64,000 bases of DNA from contig JACDED010000004.1 in assembly GCA_013816615.1 (NCBI GenBank), positions 6,861-70,860 of the forward strand, in the 5' to 3' direction. The translations under genes and the position numbers were made by a program. The notes below the pieces were generated by a model, which made no database searches, was not told the origin of the DNA, and saw only the letters and a list, made by a program, of their open reading frames with translations. Source of the DNA: Bacteroidota bacterium (lineage in GTDB: Bacteria; Bacteroidota; Bacteroidia; B-17B0; Aurantibacillaceae). Numbering within the stretch: the stretch's first letter is position 1; every line of letters begins with the position of its first letter. Positions 9,670 to 19,596 of the stretch are shown here, piece after piece.

Positions 9670-11735
9670 AAAAGATTATACTATTTATTGCCGCACTGGT
9701 TTCAACCTTAAATTTATTTTCGCAAACATTATTTAGTAATAGTTTTGGGAATTTAATTTTGCAAACATATACTACAAGTTCCAGCTCCGTTGATTATACA
9801 ACTACGCCTTCCATTTTTACCATCATAAAAGATGGTTATAAAAATAACATTGGCTCTGCAACAAATCCAAACAAACCGTTTAATGTTCCCGCTTTTAAGA
9901 CAGAAGGCTGGGAAGTAGTTTATAATCCGGTTGAAAATGATACTTTTTTAGTTTGCACAAGCTGGCTGGATACTGCGGCATCGGTTGACAGATGGATAAT
10001 AACACCTTCTATTACAAATATTACCGCTAACTCTGTTTTAACCTGGCTCGCTAAAAGCCCTGATGTAAATAATAAAGAAAGCTACCTGGTTTATGGTACA
10101 AATAAAACCGGAACATTAACACCACAGGATTTTAATATTGGCGATCAGTTGTATACAAACAACACTGAAAATGATACATGGACAAGACATTCCGTTAATC
10201 TTGCTGCTTTTGCAGGACAAACATTACGTTTTGCATTTCGCGATAATTCTAATAACAAATACCAATTATGGATAGATGATATTGAGATCCTTACATTATC
10301 AAATAATTTAGATGCAGCACTTGTTTCTATTCAAACACCAAAATACGTTCTAACTAATTCGAGCCAAACCATAAGTACAACTATAAGTAACCTTGGCGCT
10401 GCGACTATTAATGCTGTAGCTTTAAATTACCAGATCGGAAATTCTACTGTGCAAACAGAAACAATTAGCTTTAGTAGTAGTGTTGGTTACAAACAATCTT
10501 CACCGGCTACATTTGCATTGGCTTATAATATCAGCTCTGCCGGCAACTATAAATTAAAAACATGGATAAGCGGGGTAAATGGTTCTCCGGATCAGGATCA
10601 TTCAAACGATACCAGCTTTACTTATATCACTATTCAAGGTTCAGCGCCAAAAAAATCAGTTTTAGTTGAACATTTTGTAAGCGCATTTGATGGAGAATGT
10701 TCCGGCGCGCAAGAAAGAATTTTAGCACGACAAAATGATTCTGTTATAGTTGTTAATGTTCACGACCTTGATTCTTTAAAAGAAGCCAATTCAACAGGTA
10801 TTATTTCGGCTTATAAAAAAAACACAGCCACAGCAATGTTCGACAGAACCTTATATTCAAAACCCGGAACTATTGCATCAACACACCCCTATTATGATAG
10901 TTTAATTTACAAACAGCTTCGCAAAATTTCTCCGGCAGGTATAAGTATTGTAAATAAAACATATAATCCAACCACTAAAGAACTATCATTTACTATAAAA
11001 GCCGATTTTATAGGTGACGTAAAAGGTGATCTTAGATTAAATGCTTATTTAACGGAAAATTTTGTACACGGGCCGTGGAATGACACTTTGATAAATGGTT
11101 ACAACCAATTAAATGATTTTTACAATGTGCCATGGTCAGCCTATTATTTAAAAGGTTATTACGCTTCATTATACGGTACTTATGTTTTAAATGGCGTTCA
11201 ATTTCAACACCAAAACACATTAGTATATTCTTTTGATGGTTCTTTTGGAAATCCCGGACTTATACCAACAACAGGTGGCACCCAAAATCAATCGTATCAA
11301 AAAACATATTCATTAACAGTTCCAACAGCAACAAACAACATTAATAAATACACTTCGGATAATTTATACATTGTGGGTTTTTTAGCTGAATATGATGCAG
11401 ATTCAACTAAAAGAAATGTATTAAATGTGGTGAAAGAAAAAATTACACCAAATGGTGAAACGCTTGGTATAAAAGAAAATATTGAAAAGCTTAATGTATG
11501 GGTTTATCCAAACCCTTCAAACGGTACACTCTATTTAAACAGCCCTACACCTGTAAATACATACAAGGTTAAAGTATATGATCTAATGGGAAAATGTGTG
11601 TTTATTGAAGACCTTTTCCAAGTAGGAAATACAGCTATTTTGAATGTATCGCAGCTAAATAATGGTATTTATTTCCTTTCAATAAGCTCTGAAAGCGGCA
11701 ATTTTATTGAAAAAATAGTGATCCAAAAAAACTAA
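9666..11735 (+). CDS. T9SS-secreted protein with C-terminal Por sorting domain
   Basis: The C-terminus YPNPSNGTLYLN...LNNGIYFLSISSESGNFIEKIVIQKN is a typical T9SS C-terminal domain, and there is an N-terminal signal peptide. The N-terminal domain resembles choice-of-anchor-J-type modules, but that assignment has low certainty. Confidence 0.8.
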   Translation: MKKIILFIAALVSTLNLFSQTLFSNSFGNLILQTYTTSSSSVDYTTTPSIFTIIKDGYKNNIGSATNPNKPFNVPAFKTEGWEVVYNPVENDTFLVCTSWLDTAASVDRWIITPSITNITANSVLTWLAKSPDVNNKESYLVYGTNKTGTLTPQDFNIGDQLYTNNTENDTWTRHSVNLAAFAGQTLRFAFRDNSNNKYQLWIDDIEILTLSNNLDAALVSIQTPKYVLTNSSQTISTTISNLGAATINAVALNYQIGNSTVQTETISFSSSVGYKQSSPATFALAYNISSAGNYKLKTWISGVNGSPDQDHSNDTSFTYITIQGSAPKKSVLVEHFVSAFDGECSGAQERILARQNDSVIVVNVHDLDSLKEANSTGIISAYKKNTATAMFDRTLYSKPGTIASTHPYYDSLIYKQLRKISPAGISIVNKTYNPTTKELSFTIKADFIGDVKGDLRLNAYLTENFVHGPWNDTLINGYNQLNDFYNVPWSAYYLKGYYASLYGTYVLNGVQFQHQNTLVYSFDGSFGNPGLIPTTGGTQNQSYQKTYSLTVPTATNNINKYTSDNLYIVGFLAEYDADSTKRNVLNVVKEKITPNGETLGIKENIEKLNVWVYPNPSNGTLYLNSPTPVNTYKVKVYDLMGKCVFIEDLFQVGNTAILNVSQLNNGIYFLSISSESGNFIEKIVIQKN

Positions 11736-11787
11736 GCAATTTTTTGCTGAGTTTTAAAAAAAGCCCTATCTTTACCATTCCTAAACT

Positions 11788-11868
11788 GCGGGTGTGGCGT
11801 AATGGCAGCCGCACCAGACTTAGGATCTGGCGCTGAAAGGCGTGGGGGTTCGAGTCCCTTCACCCGCA
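11788..11868 (+). tRNA. tRNA-Leu, anticodon TAG
   Basis: Hand-folded cloverleaf. Acceptor stem is GCGGGTG/CACCCGC with discriminator A. The D stem is 3 bp with GG in the loop. The anticodon stem is CCAGA/TCTGG with loop CTTAGGA (U33, TAG, G37). There is a long variable arm and a TTCGAGT T-loop. The T stem needs two G-U pairs. Confidence 0.8.
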
Positions 11869-11870
11869 CA

Positions 11871-11901
11871 AAAAACCTGAATTAAACATTCAGGTTTTTT
11901 T
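11871..11901 (+). terminator. intrinsic terminator after tRNA-Leu
   Basis: AAAAACCTGAAT-TAAAC-ATTCAGGTTTTTTT: a 9-12-bp stem followed by a T-run. The A-run/T-run symmetry could make it bidirectional. Confidence 0.7.
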
Positions 11902-11985
11902 GTTTCATATATTTTTTCATTTTATATTTTTAAAAGCCAAAAAAATCTACAGCTTTTTACGCGGTAAATTTTATAACTTTATACT

Positions 11986-13794
11986 GTGTTAGAAGATTTT
12001 CCTGAACATATACAATCAAAAATAAAAACCCTTCCCGATCTTCCGGGCGTATACCAATACTATGATGAGGATGAGCTTTTATTATATGTAGGCAAAGCAA
12101 AAAATTTAAAAAAGCGTGTTTCATCCTATTTTGCAAAAGAACATGACAGTAGTCGTTTGAGAATGATGGTGAAAAAAATTCACGACATCCGCACCATTAA
12201 AGTAAATTCAGAATTAGATGCGTTGCTGCTTGAAAATAACCTCATTAAAAATCTTAAACCTAAGTACAATATTAATTTAAGAGATGATAAGACATACCCC
12301 TGGATCATTTTAAAAAAAGAACGTTTTCCAAGATTGTTTTATACACGCAGGCAGGTGAAGGATGGTAGCGAATACTTTGGCCCTTATGCATCTGTGAAAT
12401 TAATGCATACTTTGCTTGATCTTATTCGGCAAACTTATCCTTTACGGACTTGCAGTTATGATCTCAGTAAAGAAAATATTGACAAAGGAAAATTTCGTCC
12501 CTGCTTGGAATTTCACATTGGAAAATGCAAAGCACCTTGCGTAAACAAACAGGCTGAAGAAGAATATGATCAAAATATAAAAGAGATCCGCCAGATCATT
12601 AAAGGCGATATAAATTTTGCATTACGCGATCTTAAAACAAATATGCAAAAAGCCGCAGAGAAATATGATTTTGAAACGGCCGAAGTATTAAAAAATAAAA
12701 TTGAAATATTAAGTAATTACCAAAGCAAATCAACAATTGTTCATCCATCCATTACAAATACAGATGTGATCAATATTATTAGCGACGAAAAAAATGCTTA
12801 CGTGCATTACTTTAAAATTATAAATGGAGCCATCATTCATGCGCAAACCATTGAATTAAAAAAGAAAATAGATGAAAGCGATGAAGAACTTTTATTATTT
12901 GCCATCATCGAATTCAGAAACAGGTTTAACAGCACAAGTAAAGAGATCTTAGTTCCTTTTATTCCCGAGATAAAATTACCCGATTGCGAATACGTTGTTC
13001 CAAAAATTGGCGATAAAAAACAATTGATAGACCTGTGTTTGCGAAATGCTGTAGCTTATAAACTAGAAAGAGAAACTCAAATTGCGCTGACAGATCCAGA
13101 CAGGCATACTGAAAGGATCATGAACCAAATGATGAAAGATCTGCGCATGACCGAACAACCACGCAGGATCGAAGGCTTTGATAATAGTAATATACAGGGT
13201 GAATATGCAGTAAGTGCCATGCCCGTTTTTATTGACGGAAAACCAGCAAAAAAAGAATACAGGCATTTTAATGTAAAAACAGTTATTGGGGCAAATGATT
13301 TTGCAACCATGGAAGAAATTATTACAAGACGTTACAGCCGTGTGTTGGAAGAAAATTTACAAATGCCGCAACTGATCGTAATTGATGGTGGCAAAGGTCA
13401 GTTAGGTGCCGCATACGAAAGCCTAAGAAAATTAGACCTTATTGGTAAAGTAGCAATTATCGGTATTGCCAAACGTTTGGAAGAAATTTATTTCCCCGGT
13501 GATCCACTGCCATTATATTTAGATAAACGAAGCGAGACCTTAAAGATAATTCAGCAGATACGTGATGAAGCACATCGTTTTGGAATTACGCACCACCGTA
13601 ATAAACGCAGCCGGGAAACTTTTAAGACCGAGCTTAACGAAATAAAAGGCATTAGTGATAAGACAGCCGAAACGCTTCTAATAGAGCTAAAAAGTGTAAA
13701 AAACATTAAGGAGGCAGACCTTGAAGAATTAGAAAAAATTATTGGAAAAGCAAAAGCAAAACTTGTTTTTGATCATTTTAAAAAAAATAATTAA
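11986..13794 (+). CDS. uvrC: excinuclease ABC subunit C
   Basis: GIY-YIG N-terminus (GVYQYYDEDELLLYVGKAKNLKKRV), a central Cys-rich UvrBC region, the endonuclease domain (IEGFDNSNIQG...DGGKGQL) and a C-terminal HhH region. It has a GTG start. Confidence 0.93.
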   Translation: MLEDFPEHIQSKIKTLPDLPGVYQYYDEDELLLYVGKAKNLKKRVSSYFAKEHDSSRLRMMVKKIHDIRTIKVNSELDALLLENNLIKNLKPKYNINLRDDKTYPWIILKKERFPRLFYTRRQVKDGSEYFGPYASVKLMHTLLDLIRQTYPLRTCSYDLSKENIDKGKFRPCLEFHIGKCKAPCVNKQAEEEYDQNIKEIRQIIKGDINFALRDLKTNMQKAAEKYDFETAEVLKNKIEILSNYQSKSTIVHPSITNTDVINIISDEKNAYVHYFKIINGAIIHAQTIELKKKIDESDEELLLFAIIEFRNRFNSTSKEILVPFIPEIKLPDCEYVVPKIGDKKQLIDLCLRNAVAYKLERETQIALTDPDRHTERIMNQMMKDLRMTEQPRRIEGFDNSNIQGEYAVSAMPVFIDGKPAKKEYRHFNVKTVIGANDFATMEEIITRRYSRVLEENLQMPQLIVIDGGKGQLGAAYESLRKLDLIGKVAIIGIAKRLEEIYFPGDPLPLYLDKRSETLKIIQQIRDEAHRFGITHHRNKRSRETFKTELNEIKGISDKTAETLLIELKSVKNIKEADLEELEKIIGKAKAKLVFDHFKKNN

Positions 13795-13796
13795 TT

Positions 13797-14888
13797 ATGA
13801 AATATTTTTTTCTGTTCATCTTCGTATTGCTTATAGATCTTTTTTTTGCGCAAAATAATATTCGCATTTTTTCGGCAAAAGGCGAATTGTTTACACTAAT
13901 TGCATTTGATACAGTCCAAAATAAAACACCACAAACCAACATTCTAATAAGTTCGGTTTATGAAGATTCTTTGCGAATTAAAATTGAACTGGAAAACAAA
14001 ACAAAAATTGAAGCAACACTCTTTCTTTTTGAAAAAGGGAAAGCCACAAAAAATAAAGAATTCAATTATAAAGCAACTATAGATCAAAACAAAATAAAAG
14101 TGAGCTATGCAGGTTATTATGATATTGTAAAATTACCTAACCCTATAGTTCCCGAAAAGCCAATTATTGATACAACGGCTAAATATAAAAACACTTTGCT
14201 TGGTCATTTTTGCGAATTAAAAGATTCAAAACCTGTTTACTTTAATAATATACCTAAGGCCGGAATTTGTTCTGCACCAATGCCTGCCGAGTACCTTAAC
14301 TATTTAAATCTTTTAATGCTAAAAGCACAAGTGCCGGATGATAAATTTATTATTGCCGATAATGTTTGCAGAAACAACTGTTTAAGTGTCGATCAATTAA
14401 ATTTTATTTTAAAATATATTGATTATGAATTAGAAAAATTAAAAATAATTAAAATCGTTTATCCTAATATTACCGATAAACCGAAAAACAAAGAGCTTGA
14501 AAAATCATTCCACTTTGAATCTTCAATTCAAGAATTAAATAATTTTTTTAAAGTAGCGGATACTCAAAAAATAAAAATCAGCTCAACTTGTAAAATCGCA
14601 TCATCACCAGAAGAAATAAAAAACTTTGAAAATAACCTAAGTGTTTACACGAATGATTCGCAGCGTTTTGAGCTTTTCAAAAAAAACTATGAACAATATT
14701 GCTATTCTAAAGATCACATCATTTTGATCCTTAGTAAATTCATTCACGATCGTGAAAAACTGGACGCAGCAAAAATGCTCTATTATGTGTGCGTTGAAAA
14801 AGAGAACTTTTTATTGATTTCCCACACATTTTCTTACAATGAAACCATTAGTGAGTTAAAAGATTTTGTTGCTAAACAAAAAGACTGA
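13797..14888 (+). CDS. secreted protein with two DUF4476-like repeats, hypothetical
   Basis: Signal peptide plus two internally similar ~90-aa modules, beginning CSAPMPAEYLNYL... and CKIASSPEEIKNF..., each ending in a ...ELNNFF/...ELKDFV motif. Confidence 0.6.
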   Translation: MKYFFLFIFVLLIDLFFAQNNIRIFSAKGELFTLIAFDTVQNKTPQTNILISSVYEDSLRIKIELENKTKIEATLFLFEKGKATKNKEFNYKATIDQNKIKVSYAGYYDIVKLPNPIVPEKPIIDTTAKYKNTLLGHFCELKDSKPVYFNNIPKAGICSAPMPAEYLNYLNLLMLKAQVPDDKFIIADNVCRNNCLSVDQLNFILKYIDYELEKLKIIKIVYPNITDKPKNKELEKSFHFESSIQELNNFFKVADTQKIKISSTCKIASSPEEIKNFENNLSVYTNDSQRFELFKKNYEQYCYSKDHIILILSKFIHDREKLDAAKMLYYVCVEKENFLLISHTFSYNETISELKDFVAKQKD

Positions 14889-14936
14889 TAATAAAGCTCA
14901 TAGTCCTCATAAAACAAGCGTTTTAGCTTAAATAAC

Positions 14937-16214
14937 TTGGCAATCTGCCTGTCTTTTTTTATATTTACCCTATTGAAGCCAATTCTTGAAATAAAGGAAA
15001 TAAGTAAAAAATTCCAGATCCAAAGTAATGCAAAGCCATATTTGAGCCTGAGGGAGAATTTATTCTCTTTTTTAAACCCAGGCTCAAAAAAAGAAGAGTT
15101 TTGGGCCTTAAAAGATATTAGTTTTGATGTTATGCCCGGCGATACGATTGGAATTATTGGGAAGAATGGCGCCGGGAAATCTACTTTATTAAAAATACTT
15201 TCAAAAATCACACCTCCCACTTCCGGTAAAATTATCGGGCGCGGACGTATTGCAAGTTTATTGGAAGTTGGCACGGGTTTTCATCCTGAATTAAGCGGTC
15301 GCGAAAATATTTTTATGAATGGCTCTATTTTAGGAATGCGCCGAACTGAGATCTTAAAAAATTTTGATGCCATTATAGAATTCTCGGGTGTGGAAAAATT
15401 TATTGATACACCATTAAAACATTATAGCAGTGGTATGCAATTGCGTTTAGCTTTTGCCGTTGCAGCTTTTTTAGAGAACGAGATTTTGATCATTGATGAG
15501 GTATTGGCAGTGGGAGACGTAGAGTTTCAAAAAAAATGCATGGGTAAAATGAATGAGGTAAGCAAAAGCGGAAGAACCATTTTATTTGTAAGCCATAGTA
15601 TGAACGCAATACAAAGTTTATGCAAAAAAGGTGTTCTGCTTGAAAAAGGAAAAACAAATGCGATAGAGGATATCAGCACCGTGGTATCTAAATATTTATA
15701 TGGCGATACAACTTCTAATTCGGTTTTCGTTAATTCAAGGATCAATGAAAATAAAGAAGCAGAGATTCTTGAAGCAAGGGTCTTAAATACTGCAAATGAG
15801 CTTGCTTACCGTTTTAGCACAAACGAATTGATAAAGCTAGAAATAAAATGGATAAACAGGGGTGAAAAACTGATCACTCCTAATTTTCTTTTATTAAATC
15901 AAAACGGCCAAAAAGTAATGATAGGTACAGATACTAAAATTGATTGGGACGGAAGTAAAAAATCAAAAAAAGGGATTTACTTAAGTGAGATCATCATACC
16001 AAAAAACCTGCTCAATGCAAATGAGTATTTTTTTCACATCGCTTTAGATTCATCATCTCCAAGTTCAAATTACGACGCACACTTTAATGTTTTTCAGATC
16101 ACAGTTTTTGATCCGTTAGATGAAGGCAGTATTCACAGAGGTGATATTACAATTATGCACCAGGATGTTTCTGTGTGGCCCTCATTAGAATCATCATTTC
16201 AAAAATTAAGCTAG
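14937..16214 (+). CDS. polysaccharide/O-antigen export ABC transporter ATP-binding protein (Wzt/TagH-like) with C-terminal extension
   Basis: Walker A GKNGAGKST, signature YSSGMQLRLAFA and Walker B ILIIDEVLAVGD, followed by a non-ABC C-terminal domain of about 170 aa. The start is uncertain: TTG at 14937, or in-frame TTG at 14973 giving MKPILEIKEISKKF. Confidence 0.85.
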   Translation: MAICLSFFIFTLLKPILEIKEISKKFQIQSNAKPYLSLRENLFSFLNPGSKKEEFWALKDISFDVMPGDTIGIIGKNGAGKSTLLKILSKITPPTSGKIIGRGRIASLLEVGTGFHPELSGRENIFMNGSILGMRRTEILKNFDAIIEFSGVEKFIDTPLKHYSSGMQLRLAFAVAAFLENEILIIDEVLAVGDVEFQKKCMGKMNEVSKSGRTILFVSHSMNAIQSLCKKGVLLEKGKTNAIEDISTVVSKYLYGDTTSNSVFVNSRINENKEAEILEARVLNTANELAYRFSTNELIKLEIKWINRGEKLITPNFLLLNQNGQKVMIGTDTKIDWDGSKKSKKGIYLSEIIIPKNLLNANEYFFHIALDSSSPSSNYDAHFNVFQITVFDPLDEGSIHRGDITIMHQDVSVWPSLESSFQKLS

Positions 16215-16217
16215 CTC

Positions 16218-17327
16218 ATGCAGAAGGAAATTTCTTTTTTTAATACATATGTTAGTCCGAATGCAGCGCAAGGTGTTACAGAATTACTTAACTCCACTTT
16301 TTTAAGTGAAGGAAAAATAACCGAGCAGTTTGAAAAAGAATTATGCAAAATGTTTGATTTTAAAAACATTATTACATTAAACAGTGGAACATCCGCATTG
16401 CATTTAGCTTTAGACCTTCTAAATATTAAAGAGAGCGATGAAATAATTATTCCGGCCCAAACTTTTATTGCAACAGGTTTGGCAGTATTATACTGCAAAG
16501 CTAAACCTGTTTTTGCCGACATCAATTATGAAGATGGGAATTTAAATATCGAATCGGTAAGATCAAAAATAACTTCTAAAACAAAAGCAATTATATGTGT
16601 GCATTGGGGTGGTTACCCATGTAATATGAATGGATTAAAAGACCTGGTCAAAAACACAAACATTAAAATTATTGAAGACGCAGCACACGCTTTAGGTTCT
16701 GTTTATTCAAAAGAAAATATTGGTAACATTTCGGATATTACCTGTTTTTCGTTTCAGGCTATTAAACATTTAACTACCGGTGATGGTGGCGCTATTACTG
16801 TAAAAGATCCGGAGCTTTATGAAAAAGCCCTAAGAAAAAAATGGTTCGGGATCGATAGAAAAAATTCTGCTGTTTCAGAGCTTGGCGAGCGTGAATATGA
16901 TCTTAAAGAGATGGGTTACAAATACCATTTAAATAATTATGCATCTGCTTTAGGCATTGCTAATTTAAGTGGTTATGCCGCACGTTTAAAAAACCGTAGA
17001 GAAATAGCGGATTATTATAAGCAAGAATTAAAAAATATAACTGCATTACAATTATTTAAAGAGGAGCCCGATAATAAAAGTGCTTATTGGCTGTTTGGCT
17101 TACACACAAACAACCGCCCCGAATTAATACGCAAATTAAAAGCCAAAAAAGTACCTACATCCGTAGTTCACCAACGGATAGATAAGAATTCTATTTTTGG
17201 TGGAGCAGATCTTTCTTTAATAAATCAAACAAAATTCGATAACACCCAACTTCATATTCCAATACACGATGCTATTGATATGGAAACGGCAAATTATATT
17301 GTTGATGCAATAAAAAGTTCTGTTTAA
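16218..17327 (+). CDS. DegT/DnrJ/EryC1/StrS family PLP-dependent sugar aminotransferase
   Basis: The family pattern includes the PLP-lysine context FSFQAIKHLTTGDGGAI, and the length (369 aa) is typical. Confidence 0.88.
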   Translation: MQKEISFFNTYVSPNAAQGVTELLNSTFLSEGKITEQFEKELCKMFDFKNIITLNSGTSALHLALDLLNIKESDEIIIPAQTFIATGLAVLYCKAKPVFADINYEDGNLNIESVRSKITSKTKAIICVHWGGYPCNMNGLKDLVKNTNIKIIEDAAHALGSVYSKENIGNISDITCFSFQAIKHLTTGDGGAITVKDPELYEKALRKKWFGIDRKNSAVSELGEREYDLKEMGYKYHLNNYASALGIANLSGYAARLKNRREIADYYKQELKNITALQLFKEEPDNKSAYWLFGLHTNNRPELIRKLKAKKVPTSVVHQRIDKNSIFGGADLSLINQTKFDNTQLHIPIHDAIDMETANYIVDAIKSSV

Positions 17328-17504
17328 AATGAACAAAAAACAATTAAGATATTATTTTAATTATATTGATAATTGCAACATATGTAGAAGAACATATGCT
17401 TTTAGCATGTTTAATTAGTACCAAAAAGTTAAAAAAATTACAATTTACTTTTTTTTGATTAGAACAAAATGTTTAAATTGATCTTATAAAATACCCTATT
17501 GGAG

Positions 17505-18443
17505 ATGAAGAATATTCTATTGCTTGGCGCTACAGGATTTGTTGGACAAAACGTTGCAGATGTATTAAAATTAAACAGCACTTTTAATTTAATAGAATCT
17601 TCAAGATCTTTAGGAACGGATCTGATCCAATACAACGATGTTGTGCTTTTGTTTAAAAATTCAAAACCAGATTACATTATAAATTGCGCTGCTCACGTTG
17701 GCAGTTTAAATTATGTTACCCAAATGGCAGCAAGTGTCATGCTTGATAATTCAAGAATGCTTTTAAACATTTACCAGGCATTATCAGAAGTTTGTCCAAC
17801 TGCTATTATAATTAATCCAATAGCCAACTGCGCATACCCTGCAAATGCGGATACTTTTAGTGAAGATAATTGGATGTCGGGTCACCTGCACAGATCCGTT
17901 CTTTCATACGGCGCAACAAAACGTTTGTTATGGCATATTGGCGAAAGTTTTTTCATGCAACACCAGATAAAATCTATTTATTTATTTGTACCAAATATGT
18001 ACGGTCCAAAAGATAGTACAGACCCTAATAAAGCCCATGCTTTAAATGCGCTTATTTGCAGATTTGTAAAAGCCGAGCGCGAAGAAAAAAAAGAAATAGA
18101 GCTATGGGGCACAGGTATTGCCATACGGGAATGGCTTTATGCAGAAGATTTTGCCAAAATACTTGAGTTAATTCTAACACAAAAAGTAACAATAGGCTTG
18201 GATGAACCATTAAACATTGGACAAAATTTCGGATTAAGCGTAAGGGAATTAAGTAATATTATAAATCAAAAATTCAATAATAAATTTAAGGTAACCTGGG
18301 ATCATTCTATGCCGGATGGCGCACCCAAAAAAGTAATGGATGAACGACGGTTTAAAAAAATATTTCCTGCTTTTGAATTTACATCATTTGAAATAGGAAT
18401 TCAGGCTACAACAAATTATTACAAATCTATTTACCCATATTAA
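17505..18443 (+). CDS. NAD-dependent epimerase/dehydratase family protein (GDP-fucose-synthase-like 3,5-epimerase/4-reductase type)
   Basis: Rossmann motif LLLGATGFVG and catalytic YGATK (YxxxK). The track ORF starts at TTG 17499; ATG 17505 is preferred. Confidence 0.82.
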   Translation: MKNILLLGATGFVGQNVADVLKLNSTFNLIESSRSLGTDLIQYNDVVLLFKNSKPDYIINCAAHVGSLNYVTQMAASVMLDNSRMLLNIYQALSEVCPTAIIINPIANCAYPANADTFSEDNWMSGHLHRSVLSYGATKRLLWHIGESFFMQHQIKSIYLFVPNMYGPKDSTDPNKAHALNALICRFVKAEREEKKEIELWGTGIAIREWLYAEDFAKILELILTQKVTIGLDEPLNIGQNFGLSVRELSNIINQKFNNKFKVTWDHSMPDGAPKKVMDERRFKKIFPAFEFTSFEIGIQATTNYYKSIYPY

Positions 18444-18445
18444 TT

Positions 18446-19012
18446 ATGAGTCAAAACTTAAAATCTCCTGAGTTTGATTATGCAAAACTTAAAGCGGTTG
18501 GTACAAATACATTTATCAGTGCCAATGTTGAGATAAGAAGGCCACATTTGGTATCTGTTGGAAATAATGTTGCAATAGACAGCGGCTTTTATCTTACCAC
18601 ACAAGCGCAAATTGGCGATTATATTCATATTGCACCATACATTACCTGTATTGGCGGAGAAAAGGGAAAATTAATAATGGAAGATTTTACCACCATTGCA
18701 GCAGGATGCAGGTTAATTTGCAGTGGCGATCATCATTTGGGGGCTGGTTTGATCGGGCCGACTATTCCTGATAAATACAGGGATGACGTAACTTATGGCA
18801 ACATAACATTAAAACGTTTTGCTTCGGTTGGAACAAATTGCGTCATAATGCCGGGCGTTATCTTAGCAGAAGGTTCGGTTTTAGGCGCTTGCTCTATGTT
18901 AACAAAAGATACTGAGCCATGGACCATTTATGTTGGTACACCGGCAAAAGCTGTTAAGATAAGATCAAAAGAAAAAATGATACAATACGCTAAAGAATTA
19001 GGATACCTATAA
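18446..19012 (+). CDS. left-handed beta-helix (hexapeptide) sugar acyltransferase
   Basis: Imperfect hexapeptide repeats run through the sequence (ISANVEI, VGNNVAI, VGTNCVIMPGVILAEGSVLGACSM). It lies next to the aminotransferase gene. Confidence 0.8.
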   Translation: MSQNLKSPEFDYAKLKAVGTNTFISANVEIRRPHLVSVGNNVAIDSGFYLTTQAQIGDYIHIAPYITCIGGEKGKLIMEDFTTIAAGCRLICSGDHHLGAGLIGPTIPDKYRDDVTYGNITLKRFASVGTNCVIMPGVILAEGSVLGACSMLTKDTEPWTIYVGTPAKAVKIRSKEKMIQYAKELGYL

Positions 19013-19020
19013 ATAAAACA

Positions 19021-19590
19021 GTGATTTATAAAATATATAGAAAAATTTGTGAGCTGTTAATTAGTATCAGATCCATTTTGCGCGTATTGAATTTAAAGCT
19101 AAAATATCCTTCGTTGCAAATAGATTTTAAAACCAGCATTGGAAGAAATACAGATATTGTTATTTGTGATGGATCTTCTACTTCTATAAAAAATTGTGTG
19201 ATCAATCACGGCACAGTAATAAGGGTTGAAAAGGATGCACAATTTGAAATGCAAAACAGTTATGTTGGATTTAATTGTGTTATTTCCTGTAGAGAAAAGA
19301 TAATTATAAAAAGCCATTGCGAAATTGCAGAAATGGTTGTGATTCGCGATCAGGATCATTTAGTTGATGGCACTAATCTTATAAAAGAAAATGGCTACAG
19401 CAATGGCGCAATTTATATTGGCGAAAATGTTTGGATAGGCGCAAAAAGTACGATCTTAAAAAATACCGAAATAGCCGATAATTGTATTATTGGTGCACAT
19501 TCGTTATTAAAAAACATGCGTACTGAAAAAAATTCTACTTTGGTTGGCACTCCGGCCAAAGCATTAAACACAATATCAAAAAAATTATAA
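19021..19590 (+). CDS. hexapeptide-repeat acetyltransferase
   Basis: C-terminal hexapeptide repeats (IGENVWIGAKSTILKNTEIADNCIIGAHSLL). GTG start. Confidence 0.7.
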   Translation: MIYKIYRKICELLISIRSILRVLNLKLKYPSLQIDFKTSIGRNTDIVICDGSSTSIKNCVINHGTVIRVEKDAQFEMQNSYVGFNCVISCREKIIIKSHCEIAEMVVIRDQDHLVDGTNLIKENGYSNGAIYIGENVWIGAKSTILKNTEIADNCIIGAHSLLKNMRTEKNSTLVGTPAKALNTISKKL

Positions 19591-19596
19591 GTGCTA

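Noticed and set aside
11788-11901. tRNA-Leu as the attachment site of an integrated element
   Set aside because: No integrase, phage or conjugation genes flank it. I did not find a direct repeat of the tRNA 3' end nearby, and the flanking genes (T9SS substrate, uvrC) look like core genes.
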